Part shown: positions 9,777 to 18,400 of the stretch, one piece after another
How positions within the stretch are numbered: the first letter of the stretch is position 1
How the letters are laid out: every line of letters begins with the position of its first letter
Assembly (NCBI GenBank): GCA_963787025.1
Contig: CAWBBG010000009.1
Location: forward strand, 7,765 to 71,764
Direction of reading: 5' to 3'
Source: an uncultured Chloroflexia bacterium
GTDB taxonomy: Bacteria > Chloroflexota > Limnocylindria > QHBO01
DNA: 64,000 bases
Translations under genes and position numbers: made by a program
Notes under the pieces: generated by a model
What the model was told of the DNA's origin: nothing
The model's input: the letters and a program-made list of their open reading frames with translations, nothing else
The model's database searches: none

Positions 9777-9789
9777 CCCCCTTCGACCA

Positions 9790-9993
9790 CTAGTCCTCGA
9801 GGATGAAGGTCACCAGGAGGTTGGCCTGGAACTCCAGGCTGCCGTCCCGGCCTACGTTGACGCGCTGCTCCTTGATCCACGCGCTCCGCACGCCGCGAAG
9901 CGTCTTCATCGCGCGTTCGAGGCCCTGGCGGATGGCGTCCTCGAAGGACTGGTTCGAGGTGCATGAGAGCTCTGTGACGCGGGCGACGGACAT
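9790..9993 (-). CDS. Dodecin family flavin-binding protein
   Basis: 67 aa; SVARVTEL...S..SFEDAI..G..RA.KTLRGV...W.KEQ...V......F.ANL.VTF.LE; GGAGG RBS upstream. Confidence 0.93.
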   Translation of the reverse strand: MSVARVTELSCTSNQSFEDAIRQGLERAMKTLRGVRSAWIKEQRVNVGRDGSLEFQANLLVTFILED

Positions 9994-10089
9994 GGCGACC
10001 TCCAGCGTTCGGGTGCAGTCGTGAACGCAATCCAGTATGGGCCCATCGATCCGGGCTGACCACCGCGGCGCCCGGCGCGCGGCCCGGGG

Positions 10090-11145
10090 TCAGCCCGCCC
10101 CGGCGCCGTGGCTGGCGGACCAGGCCAGGAGGCGCTCGACCTCCCATGCGTTCACGACACGATCCGCCTCCACGCCGCACAGGAACGCGCGCTCGGCCCC
10201 GTTCGGCAGCCAGGCAAGCTGTCCCGGCGCGTGCGCATCCGAGTCGATGGCGAACCGGCAGCCGGCCTCGACGGCCAGGCGCAGGAGCCGCTTTGGCGGA
10301 TCGAGGCGCTCGGGGCGGCTGTTGACCTCGACCGCCTTGTCGAAACGGGCGGCGGCCGCGAACACGATCTCCGCGTCGAACGCCGACGGCGGACGGCGGC
10401 GGCGCCCGGTCACCATCCGCCCGGTGACGTGTCCCAGGACGTCGAGGTGTGGATCCGCCAGCGCGGTGACCAGCCGACGCGTCATCAGCCGCCCCTCCAT
10501 GCGCAGCTCCGAGTGAACGCTGCCGACCACCAGGTCCAACCGCGCGAGCAGGTCCCGCTCCTGGTCCAGTGAGCCGTCCGGCAGGATGTCGACCTCGATC
10601 CCGGTCAGGATCCGGAAGGGTGCGAGGTCGCGGTTCAGCTCCGCCACATGGTCCAGCTGCTCGCGGAGCCGATCGGCGGAGAGGCCCGTTGCGACCGTCA
10701 GCCGCGGAGAGTGGTCAGTGAGCACCATCCAGGCATGGCCCATGTCGCGCGCGGTTTCGGCCATCTCCCCGGGCGATGCGTCGCCATCGGACCAGTTGGA
10801 ATGGACGTGGCAGTCTCCGCGGAGCGCTGACAGCAGCTCGGCCGCGCCTTCCGACACGGGCCGTCCGCCGGTCGCCTCGAGGCGCCGGAGGTAGACCGGC
10901 TCCTCGCCGCGCAGGGACTCGCTGATCGTGCGCTCGAGCACCTCGCCGATGCCGGGCAGCTGGCGCAGCGTCCCGGCGCGCACGCGATCGGCGACCTCCT
11001 CCGGCATCAGCCGCGCCAGCCGCGCCTCGGCGGCGCGGAAGGCGCGCACGCGGTGCGTCGGCTCATTCGCGGCCTCGAGCAGGAACGCGATCCGGCGCAG
11101 ATCGGCCCGCGGGTCGCGCGGCTTTGGTGCGTCGCGGTCGCTCAT
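10090..11145 (-). CDS. PHP domain protein with PolX-type N-terminal helix-hairpin-helix domain (no polymerase palm)
   Basis: LPGIG HhH motif; GDCHVHSNWSDG, LTDHS, GIEVDIL.DGSLD, VHS, VLGH.TGR, IDSDAH PHP motifs. Confidence 0.88.
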   Translation of the reverse strand: MSDRDAPKPRDPRADLRRIAFLLEAANEPTHRVRAFRAAEARLARLMPEEVADRVRAGTLRQLPGIGEVLERTISESLRGEEPVYLRRLEATGGRPVSEGAAELLSALRGDCHVHSNWSDGDASPGEMAETARDMGHAWMVLTDHSPRLTVATGLSADRLREQLDHVAELNRDLAPFRILTGIEVDILPDGSLDQERDLLARLDLVVGSVHSELRMEGRLMTRRLVTALADPHLDVLGHVTGRMVTGRRRRPPSAFDAEIVFAAAARFDKAVEVNSRPERLDPPKRLLRLAVEAGCRFAIDSDAHAPGQLAWLPNGAERAFLCGVEADRVVNAWEVERLLAWSASHGAGAG

Positions 11146-11172
11146 CAACGCGGATCGGGCCGGGGCGGCCGG

Positions 11173-12111
11173 TCAGCCGACGGTCAGGATCCGGCGTGGG
11201 TTCTCCACGGTCATCGCCGCGATCTCGCCCTCGCCCACCGCCGCCGTGCGCAGGTGCGGCAGGAAATGCTGCGCGACGTAACCGTAGCCCGTCCCGCCGA
11301 AGGTCCTCAGCTGGTCGCTGGTGCACACGTTCTGGCTGAGAAGGATCCGGTCGGAGAATCCGCGTTCCAGAAGCTCGACGAGCAGCTCGACCAGGCGCGC
11401 CTCGCGCGCCGCGGCGCCCTCGCCGGACCGGCCGAGGAGGTCGAAGCACAGGTTCGCCCCGCGCTCGAGGAGGGCAAGCTGGTAGTCGAGTTCCGGTACG
11501 GAGTCCGCGTGGCTGATCACGACTCGCGACGGATCGAGGCGCTCTTCCTCGAATATGTGCAGCTGCGCCAGCGCGACCGCGCTCCACAGCGAGTGGGTCA
11601 CCACCGCCAGGCCGCTGCGCACCGCCGCGCGCGCCGCCGCCCGATGCACGCGCTCCTCGCGCGGGCTGATCCAGGCCCGGTCGGTCCCGATCTCACCGAT
11701 GATCCCCGGGTGGACGCCGGTCTCCGCCACGCCGTGCTCAACCTCGGCGACGATCTCGTCCGCAAGATCGTCGGCGCTGCGGCGGTCGATGTCCGCCTCG
11801 GCCGGGTAGAAGCTCTCCCGGTACCAGCCGGCGGACATCACGATCGCCAGGCCGGTGCGCGTGGCGAGGTTCCGGAGCCAGACCGGGTCGCGGCCGAGCC
11901 CGGGAGGCGTCAGGTCCACGACGCAGCTCCCGCCGCGCCGCCGGAAGTCGCGGAGCTCGTCGGCCATGACCTCCGGGTCCGACGTGAAGTCGACGAGCTG
12001 CCGGCGGTCGGAGACACGCTCGAGCCGGCAGGACGTGTGCTCGTGGGGAAGGGTGAAGCCGATCCGCTCTGGCGGGACCGGCCCGCTCACGGTGAGTACG
12101 CGCGGGGCCAT
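11173..12111 (-). CDS. Phosphotriesterase-related amidohydrolase (PTE/PHP-like)
   Basis: G.TLPHEH, VDLTP.GLGRD, GIIGEIG, VTHS, ISHAD, AMTVENPRRIL. Confidence 0.9.
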   Translation of the reverse strand: MAPRVLTVSGPVPPERIGFTLPHEHTSCRLERVSDRRQLVDFTSDPEVMADELRDFRRRGGSCVVDLTPPGLGRDPVWLRNLATRTGLAIVMSAGWYRESFYPAEADIDRRSADDLADEIVAEVEHGVAETGVHPGIIGEIGTDRAWISPREERVHRAAARAAVRSGLAVVTHSLWSAVALAQLHIFEEERLDPSRVVISHADSVPELDYQLALLERGANLCFDLLGRSGEGAAAREARLVELLVELLERGFSDRILLSQNVCTSDQLRTFGGTGYGYVAQHFLPHLRTAAVGEGEIAAMTVENPRRILTVG

Positions 12112-12292
12112 CCGTCTGCACCTCGATGCGCTGGGACGCCGGTCGACGGCTGCTGGTCGCCGGCGCCGCGGTTCTTCCTGTCGGCGACCATCTTGCCACG
12201 CGGGTTCCGGGCTGGTCCCCGCGCAGCGCAGCCGCTAGCCTTGACCGATACCCCGATCAGAGGGGCCCATCGGTCCACGACGAGGAGGAGTC

Positions 12293-13555
12293 ATGGCGTC
12301 GCGCAACGCAGTCGATGACGACGTCTGGTCTGAGGCGCAGGCCGAGCTTGACGCCGCGGCCGAACGGCTGGGGCTTGACGACGCGATGCACCGTGTCCTG
12401 CGGGTCCCGAAACGCGAGCTGGAGGTCCACTTCCCGGTCCACTTCGATGACGGGCACGTCGAGGCCTTCACCGGTTTCCGTGTTCATCACAACCTGAACC
12501 GTGGCCCGGCCACCGGTGGCGTGCGCTTTACGCGGGACCTGACGCTGAACCTGGTCCGCGCCAACGCGATGTGGAACACCTGGAAGGCCGCGCTGGTCGA
12601 GATCCCGTACGGGGGCGCCTTCGGCGGCGTGGTGGTCAACCCGCGCCGGCTTTCGCCGCACGAGCGGGAGGGGCTCACGCGGCGATATGCGACCGAGATC
12701 AAGCTGCTCGCAGGCCCCGAGCGCGACATCCCGAGTCCAGACGTCAACACAGGGTCGCAGACGATGGCCTGGATGATGGACACCTTCAGCATGCACCTGG
12801 GCTACACCGTGGCCGGCTCCGTCTCCGGCAAGCCGCTGCCGGTGGGTGGTACCGCCGGGCGTCGCGAGGCCACCAGCCGCAGCGCGTTCCGTGCCACCCT
12901 GGCCCTGGCGGCCGCCAGGGGGATCGCGCTCGACTCCGCCCGCGTCGCGGTCCAGGGCTTCGGCCGCGTGGGTGGCACGCTCGCCCAGATGCTCGCCTCG
13001 ACGGGGGCGCAGATCGTCGCCGTCGCGGACGACCGCGACGCGGTGCGCGCCGACGCGGGCCTCGACGTCGGAGCGGCGATCGACTGGGTCCGGCAGCACG
13101 ATTCCATCAAGGGCCTGCCCGGCGGCGAACCGATGGCGCGCCAGGACATCTTCGCGACCGACTGCGCCGTCCTCGTCTCGGCCGGTGTGCAGGACCAGAT
13201 CACCCCCGCCGTCGCGTCGGCGATCCGGGCGCCGATCGTGGTGGAGGCCGCGAACGGACCCACGACCCCGGAGGCGAGTGCCATCCTTCGCGACCGGGGC
13301 ATCGCCGTGCTTCCCGACATCCTGTGCACCGCGGGCAGCATGGTCCTGGGCTACTTCGAATGGGTCCAGGACATGCAGTCGTTCTTCTGGAGCGAGCAGG
13401 AGATCACCGCGGATCTCGACCGGATCATCGACGGCGCGACGGCAGCCGTGGTTGCGCTGGCCGAGAAGCAGCGCATCGACCTGCGAAGCGCGGCCACCAT
13501 GCTTGCCGTGCAGCGCGTGGCCGAGGCGACGACCCTGCGCGGGCTCTATCCCTAG
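12293..13555 (+). CDS. Glu/Leu/Phe/Val dehydrogenase family protein with substituted active-site lysines
   Basis: GFRVHHN..RGP, QGFG.VG Rossmann motif, EAANGPTT, YFEWVQ; GGAG-type RBS at about 12283. Confidence 0.9.
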   Translation: MASRNAVDDDVWSEAQAELDAAAERLGLDDAMHRVLRVPKRELEVHFPVHFDDGHVEAFTGFRVHHNLNRGPATGGVRFTRDLTLNLVRANAMWNTWKAALVEIPYGGAFGGVVVNPRRLSPHEREGLTRRYATEIKLLAGPERDIPSPDVNTGSQTMAWMMDTFSMHLGYTVAGSVSGKPLPVGGTAGRREATSRSAFRATLALAAARGIALDSARVAVQGFGRVGGTLAQMLASTGAQIVAVADDRDAVRADAGLDVGAAIDWVRQHDSIKGLPGGEPMARQDIFATDCAVLVSAGVQDQITPAVASAIRAPIVVEAANGPTTPEASAILRDRGIAVLPDILCTAGSMVLGYFEWVQDMQSFFWSEQEITADLDRIIDGATAAVVALAEKQRIDLRSAATMLAVQRVAEATTLRGLYP

Positions 13556-13577
13556 GGGGCATCCTCCGCGACCCGGC

Positions 13578-13652
13578 GACCGACCTCGGGGCGGGATCCA
13601 CGGACTTCCCCCCTTTGGCGTCCGCGTGACCCCGCCCTGAAAGAGGTCGGTC
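13578..13652. terminator. Long imperfect hairpin between convergent genes
   Basis: GACCGACCTC 13578-13587 pairs with GAGGTCGGTC 13643-13652; inner GGGCGGG/CCCGCCC and CACGGAC/GTCCGCGTG stems. Confidence 0.55.
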
Positions 13653-13663
13653 CTCCATCCCCC

Positions 13664-14050
13664 TCAGGCGGCCGGGCTCGGATGAGCCATCACCGGCGCC
13701 CACGCCGATTCCGCCGCGTAGCTCGAAAGGAGCACGGCAGGATCGGATGCAGGCCGATCGTTCAGATCCAGCCCGGTGATCGCCTCTATGGATCGTTTGA
13801 ACCACAGGTCAAACGGGTCCATCGAGATGGCGAGCAGGCTCATTGCCCTTGGGAAGTCCTCCGCCTCGATCATGCCGATGAGGAGGTCCGTCCCATCGCC
13901 TGTTGTGAACCAGGCCTGCCGCTCGATGCCCAGCCGTCGCTCGCTCCGCGCGAGCTCGTGCGCCCGCGTGTCCCCCAACGTGCGCAGCCAGCTCCTCGCC
14001 ACTTCCCGGGCACCGGGTCGCAGCGGGATCACGAGGCAGGTCTGCTCCAT
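13664..14050 (-). CDS. DUF6176-like small protein
   Basis: 128 aa; P..PG..E.AR.W...L...R..E...SERRLGI..QAWF, S.DPFD.WFK......TG.DL pattern. Confidence 0.7.
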   Translation of the reverse strand: MEQTCLVIPLRPGAREVARSWLRTLGDTRAHELARSERRLGIERQAWFTTGDGTDLLIGMIEAEDFPRAMSLLAISMDPFDLWFKRSIEAITGLDLNDRPASDPAVLLSSYAAESAWAPVMAHPSPAA

Positions 14051-14112
14051 GGGGCCACTCTGGCGCGCGGGTGCACGCGGCGCATCGGGCTGCGCCTTAT
14101 TTCCGCAGCCAT

Positions 14113-14170
14113 CGCGCCTTAGGCCACCGCGCCTTAGGCCACCGCGCCTGGGCCACCGCGCCCTGGGTCC
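14113..14170. repeat. Four 14-15-bp tandem units (CGCGCCTTAGGCCAC x2, CGCGCCTGGGCCAC, CGCGCCCTGGGTCC) in the upstream region of the DUF6176 gene
   Basis: Read directly from the sequence between the LuxR-type regulator stop and the DUF6176 start. Confidence 0.8.
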
Positions 14171-14184
14171 CCGCGGCCCGCGGT

Positions 14185-17100
14185 TCAGCGCGCGACGCCG
14201 GTGTCCGCGATCCCCAGCCGAATGGCGAACGCCGCGGCCTCGACGCGCGTGCGAACACCGAGCTTCTGCTTGATGTTGGTGACATGGACGCTCGCCGTCT
14301 TGGAACTGATGAAGAGCGCGGTCGCGATCTCGCCGTTCGTCCGCCCGCCGGCCAGCAGGGCCAGCACTTCCCGCTCACGGGGCGTGAGCCGTTCGACCGG
14401 CTCGCGGGTCGGGTCTCGAGGCGCGGTGGCACCGTCCACGGACGCCGCCGGCCCGTTGCCAAGTGGCGCCCCGAGCGCGATACGGGCGCGCTGCGCCAGG
14501 GCCTCGATCCGCGCGATGGTCGGTCGCGCGCCAAGGGCCACGGCGGATGCGTGCGCGGCGCGCAACGGTCCCGCCGCCTCGGAACGCGGCCGCCCGGCAA
14601 GCAGCAGCGCCTCCGCCTGGCGCCACCGGGCGCCAATCTCGTCCCAGGGATGCTCGATGGCCGCGAACTCGTCCGCAACACGGCACCACAGCGCCGCGTC
14701 CGGCTCGCGACGATAGCGAGACAGCTCGGCCCGCGCGAGGAGCAGATCCACCGCGGTGTGCCGGTCGAGCCGCCCGGCAAGGGCCTCGACTGCGGCGATA
14801 TGGGCGTCGAGCCGCCGAACAAGATCGGAGACCAGGGATGACGAGGCGGCGAGCGCCGCATCGTCGCCGCGGGCCCGGGCGGCCTCCGCCACCCCGGTCG
14901 CCGCCTGGAGGCCGCGGACCGTCAGCCATCGGATCTCGCCCGACTCCGGTGCGATCGCCTGCCGGTCCAGGGCGTCGAGTGCCGCGCGCACCTCGCGCAC
15001 GGCGTCCTCGGGCCGATCCAGCTCCAGGTAGAGGTGCGCGCGCTGCTCGTGCGGGCCGTACCAGCCCGGCGCCCGGGCACTGTGGTCACCGCCCAGGACC
15101 CGATCCAGGTGCGCGCTCGCCTCCTCGAAGCGACCCTGGACGATCTCCAGCTCGGCAAGGGCCATGGCCGTCCAGTCGGCCGAAAGCCCGCGCGGGGCGT
15201 GCTCCAGCACCTGGACCGCCATCCGCTCGGCCTCCTCCCAGCGACCGAGGAGAAAGAGCCAGTTCACCGCGATGGCGTTCATCGTCTCCCCGTAGGTCCG
15301 CTCGAGCCCGTTCGCGCGTGCGCGGGCCAGACCCTCCAGCACGACGCCGAGCGCCTCGTGCAGCGATCCGGCCTGGTGCAGCGCCTCCGAGAGGTTGGAT
15401 CGATCGATCGCCTCGTCGCCGAAGAGACCCAGCTCCTGGCTGATCACCAGGCCCTCCCGAAGGTGACCGACGGCGACGTCGGATGCGCCCGAGAGGTAGA
15501 GCACGGTCCCGAGGGTGCTCAGCGCCTTGCCCTGCTCCGCCCGGGCGTCGATCCGGCGCGCGACGGCCAGCGCCTCATCCGCCATCCGCCTGGCCTGCGC
15601 GAGCTGCGAGGCCAGGCTTAGGGCGATCGCCAGCTTGGCGAGAACGTAGGCCCGGAGGGCGCTCGGCGGCTCCGGCGGCACCAGCTCCACGGCGGCCTGT
15701 CGAGCGGCGACGAAACGGTCGAGACGACCGGCCAGGAACTGCGTCTCCCCCAGCCGGACATGGAGGTCCACGCGCACCTCGGGCGCCGCCCCGGCCGCAT
15801 GCTCCAGCGCTCCGTGCCAGCTCTGGATCGCGCGCTCGAAATCGCCGACCGCCTCCGCCGCCAGCGCGGTTCGCGCGTCGAGCTCCCAGCGCTCGATCCC
15901 GAGCACCGCATCGGCGTCCCGGAGACGATCGGCAAGCTCGGTGGCCCGCAGGAGATAAGCCAATGACTCGCTCTGGGCATGAACGCCCCGCGCCTCGTCG
16001 GCGGCCAGCACCAGCGCCGGGAGCGCGCGGCGCATCACGCCGGCCGCATACCAGTGGTTGGCCAGCTCGGCGGCAGCGCGGGCGGGCGACGCGTCACCCA
16101 GCTCCGGCTCCGCCGCCAGCGCCTGGGCGAAGGCGCGGTGCAGCCGGCTGCGCTCGGCGGGAAGCAGTTCGTCGTAGACCGCTTCTGCGATGAGCGGATG
16201 GCGGAAGCCGTATCGCCCGGACCCCGGGTCGGGCACCACCACCGCGCGGTCGACCGATTCGCGCAGGGCCGCGAGGAGCGCGGCCTCGTCGAGGTGTGCC
16301 ACCCGGTTGAGAAGCTGGTGGGAGACGGACCAGCCGACGGAGATGACCCGGACAACCTCGCGCGCCGCCGGGGAGAGCTCACGGAGACGGACCAGCACGG
16401 CGTCCCTCAACGATTCCGGCAGCCGGGCGGCATCGGGATCCCCGGCGGCGAGGAGCTCCTCAGTGAAGAAGGGATTGCCCGCGCTGCGCGCGTAGGTGGC
16501 CCGCAACAGGGCGGACGGCGGATCCCCCCCGAGCAGCTGCGCGACATGCGTGGCGTGCTCCTCCGGTCCAAACGGTGCGAGGTCCAGGCGAGCGGCGCCA
16601 CGCCCACGAATGAGCTGTCCCAGGACGGCGCGCATCGGGTGCAGCGGCGGTAGCTCATCGGTCCGGAAGCTCCCGATCAGACCGATGGGCGCGCCGCCGA
16701 CGTTGCGGGCGAGGTAGACGAGCAGGTCCCGGGTCGAGCGGTCCGCCCACTGCAGATCCTCGAGGGCGAGGATCACGGGCGCGCGGGCGGCCAGCCGGAA
16801 GAGCAGCCCAAGCAGCTGCTCGAAGAGTCGCACCTGCGCAAACTCCTCCGGGAGGCCCGCCACCGATGGTCGGCTGGTGGGTGCGGGTCCAAGGCTGGGC
16901 AGCAGACGGCCGAGATCGGCGCCGATGGGTCCCGACCTGGCCAGGACGGATCTGCCCGGGTCCTCGGTGAGCGGCCGCAGGGCCTCGACGATGGCGACAT
17001 AGGGCAGCGCGGCCGTCTCCCCGACATCCACCGCACCACCGGAAAGCACCAGCGCCCCGCGGGCGCGGGCGCGGCCCGCCCATTCGGCGATGAGCCGGCT

Positions 17101-17232
17101 CTTGCCGATGCCCGCCTCGCCACCGACCAGGACAAGCCGCAGCCGATCGTCTTCGCCGCCGAGCAGCCGGTCGAGCGTCGCCAGCTCATCGGTGCGGCCG
17201 ATGAACCGCGCGCTCGTGCCTCGAACAGCCAT
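14185..17232 (-). CDS. Large ATP-binding LuxR-family (LAL/MalT-like) regulator: AAA ATPase, TPR region, LuxR HTH
   Basis: GEAGIGKSRL Walker A, LEDLQWAD Walker B, GNPFF, C-terminal LTPREREVLALLAGGRTNGEIA..LFIS.KTASVHVTNI..KLG. Confidence 0.93.
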   Translation of the reverse strand: MAVRGTSARFIGRTDELATLDRLLGGEDDRLRLVLVGGEAGIGKSRLIAEWAGRARARGALVLSGGAVDVGETAALPYVAIVEALRPLTEDPGRSVLARSGPIGADLGRLLPSLGPAPTSRPSVAGLPEEFAQVRLFEQLLGLLFRLAARAPVILALEDLQWADRSTRDLLVYLARNVGGAPIGLIGSFRTDELPPLHPMRAVLGQLIRGRGAARLDLAPFGPEEHATHVAQLLGGDPPSALLRATYARSAGNPFFTEELLAAGDPDAARLPESLRDAVLVRLRELSPAAREVVRVISVGWSVSHQLLNRVAHLDEAALLAALRESVDRAVVVPDPGSGRYGFRHPLIAEAVYDELLPAERSRLHRAFAQALAAEPELGDASPARAAAELANHWYAAGVMRRALPALVLAADEARGVHAQSESLAYLLRATELADRLRDADAVLGIERWELDARTALAAEAVGDFERAIQSWHGALEHAAGAAPEVRVDLHVRLGETQFLAGRLDRFVAARQAAVELVPPEPPSALRAYVLAKLAIALSLASQLAQARRMADEALAVARRIDARAEQGKALSTLGTVLYLSGASDVAVGHLREGLVISQELGLFGDEAIDRSNLSEALHQAGSLHEALGVVLEGLARARANGLERTYGETMNAIAVNWLFLLGRWEEAERMAVQVLEHAPRGLSADWTAMALAELEIVQGRFEEASAHLDRVLGGDHSARAPGWYGPHEQRAHLYLELDRPEDAVREVRAALDALDRQAIAPESGEIRWLTVRGLQAATGVAEAARARGDDAALAASSSLVSDLVRRLDAHIAAVEALAGRLDRHTAVDLLLARAELSRYRREPDAALWCRVADEFAAIEHPWDEIGARWRQAEALLLAGRPRSEAAGPLRAAHASAVALGARPTIARIEALAQRARIALGAPLGNGPAASVDGATAPRDPTREPVERLTPREREVLALLAGGRTNGEIATALFISSKTASVHVTNIKQKLGVRTRVEAAAFAIRLGIADTGVAR

Positions 17233-17407
17233 GCAGCCTGATTATGACGCCCGTGGCGTGCCGTGATGGACGGTGCGGTCAATCAGCCGTTGACGAACGG
17301 AGACGCATGCCGCGCTCTCAGGCTGGAGGACCGCACCACCCCGAATGGCCCACAATTGCGCAATCACGATCAAGCGTGCAGGGCACCGCCAGCGGCAGGA
17401 TGAGGCC

Positions 17408-18324
17408 ATGAGCACGTCGCAGGACACCTTCCTCGCCTTCGTCGACGCGGTGGCGTCCGATCTCGACGCCCTCGAGCTCGACGCGGGCGACCTCGCGTCG
17501 CGCGCCCACCTGTCCCGCCACCACTTCGACCGGGTGATCAGCGCCGCGGCTGGCGAGCCGCCCGCGACGTTCCGGCGCCGCGTGCTCCTCGAGCGCGCGG
17601 CCTACCGGCTGGTGACCAGCCGAGCAGGCATCTTGGACATCGCGATCGAGGCCGGGTACGGCTCGAACGAGGCCTTCACGCGCGCATTCCGGCGCGCGTA
17701 CGGGGCCGCCCCATCGGCCTGGCGGGCGGCCCCGGGCAGATCCGGATCCCGTGTCCAACCGATGTGCATTTCCATCCCCCGGGCGGCCTTCGGCTGCCCG
17801 CACGAACCGAGGTGACCGCGATGAATCTTCTGGTCCGCATGGTCGAGCATCACGTCTGGCTGGTCGGCGAGCTCGTCGATCGCGCCGCGAAGCTGGATAC
17901 CGCCACCCTTGATACCCCCATCAACCTCTCCGTCGAAGGCATCGACGACAACCCCACGACCCGCTCGCTCCTCTCCCGGCTCATCGGGCAGATGGACATG
18001 TGGAACAACGTGATCGCCAGCCGCGACTACGACTTCGAGATCGAGCACGGCGAGTCCATCGCGAGCATGCACACGCGCCTGGGCGCAGCCGGCGGCGCCT
18101 TCCTGGCGGAGGTCCGGCGCGTGGTGGACGAGGGTCGCCTGGATGAGACCTTCGTGGATGCCCATTGCGATCCACCGGAGATCTTCACCTACGGCGGGCT
18201 GATCGCCCACGTCCTCACGTTCGCGGCCCACCGGCGCGCGCTCGTCCTCGGCGCCCTGTACAGCGCCGGCATCACCGACCTGGGCGCCGGCGACCCCCGC
18301 AAGTGGGTGGTCGACGCCGCCTGA
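17408..18324 (+). CDS. AraC-type HTH regulator with C-terminal DinB-like domain, frameshifted near 17740
   Basis: N-half LSRHHFDR...LLERAAYRL...[25 protein letters not shown] (AraC) continues in the 17764 frame as [12 protein letters not shown]...[17 protein letters not shown]. Confidence 0.8.
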
Positions 18325-18400
18325 CCGCCATCGCACCGATGTCGTCGCCGCCGCGGGTCACGGTTGCGGCGACATCGGTCTTGCCCGCACACTGCGCTCC

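Noticed and set aside
14113-14170. Mini CRISPR array (also considered for 8041-8205, 26446-26660 and 43950-43990)
   Set aside because: Units are contiguous or in-frame coding with no unique spacers, and there are no cas genes
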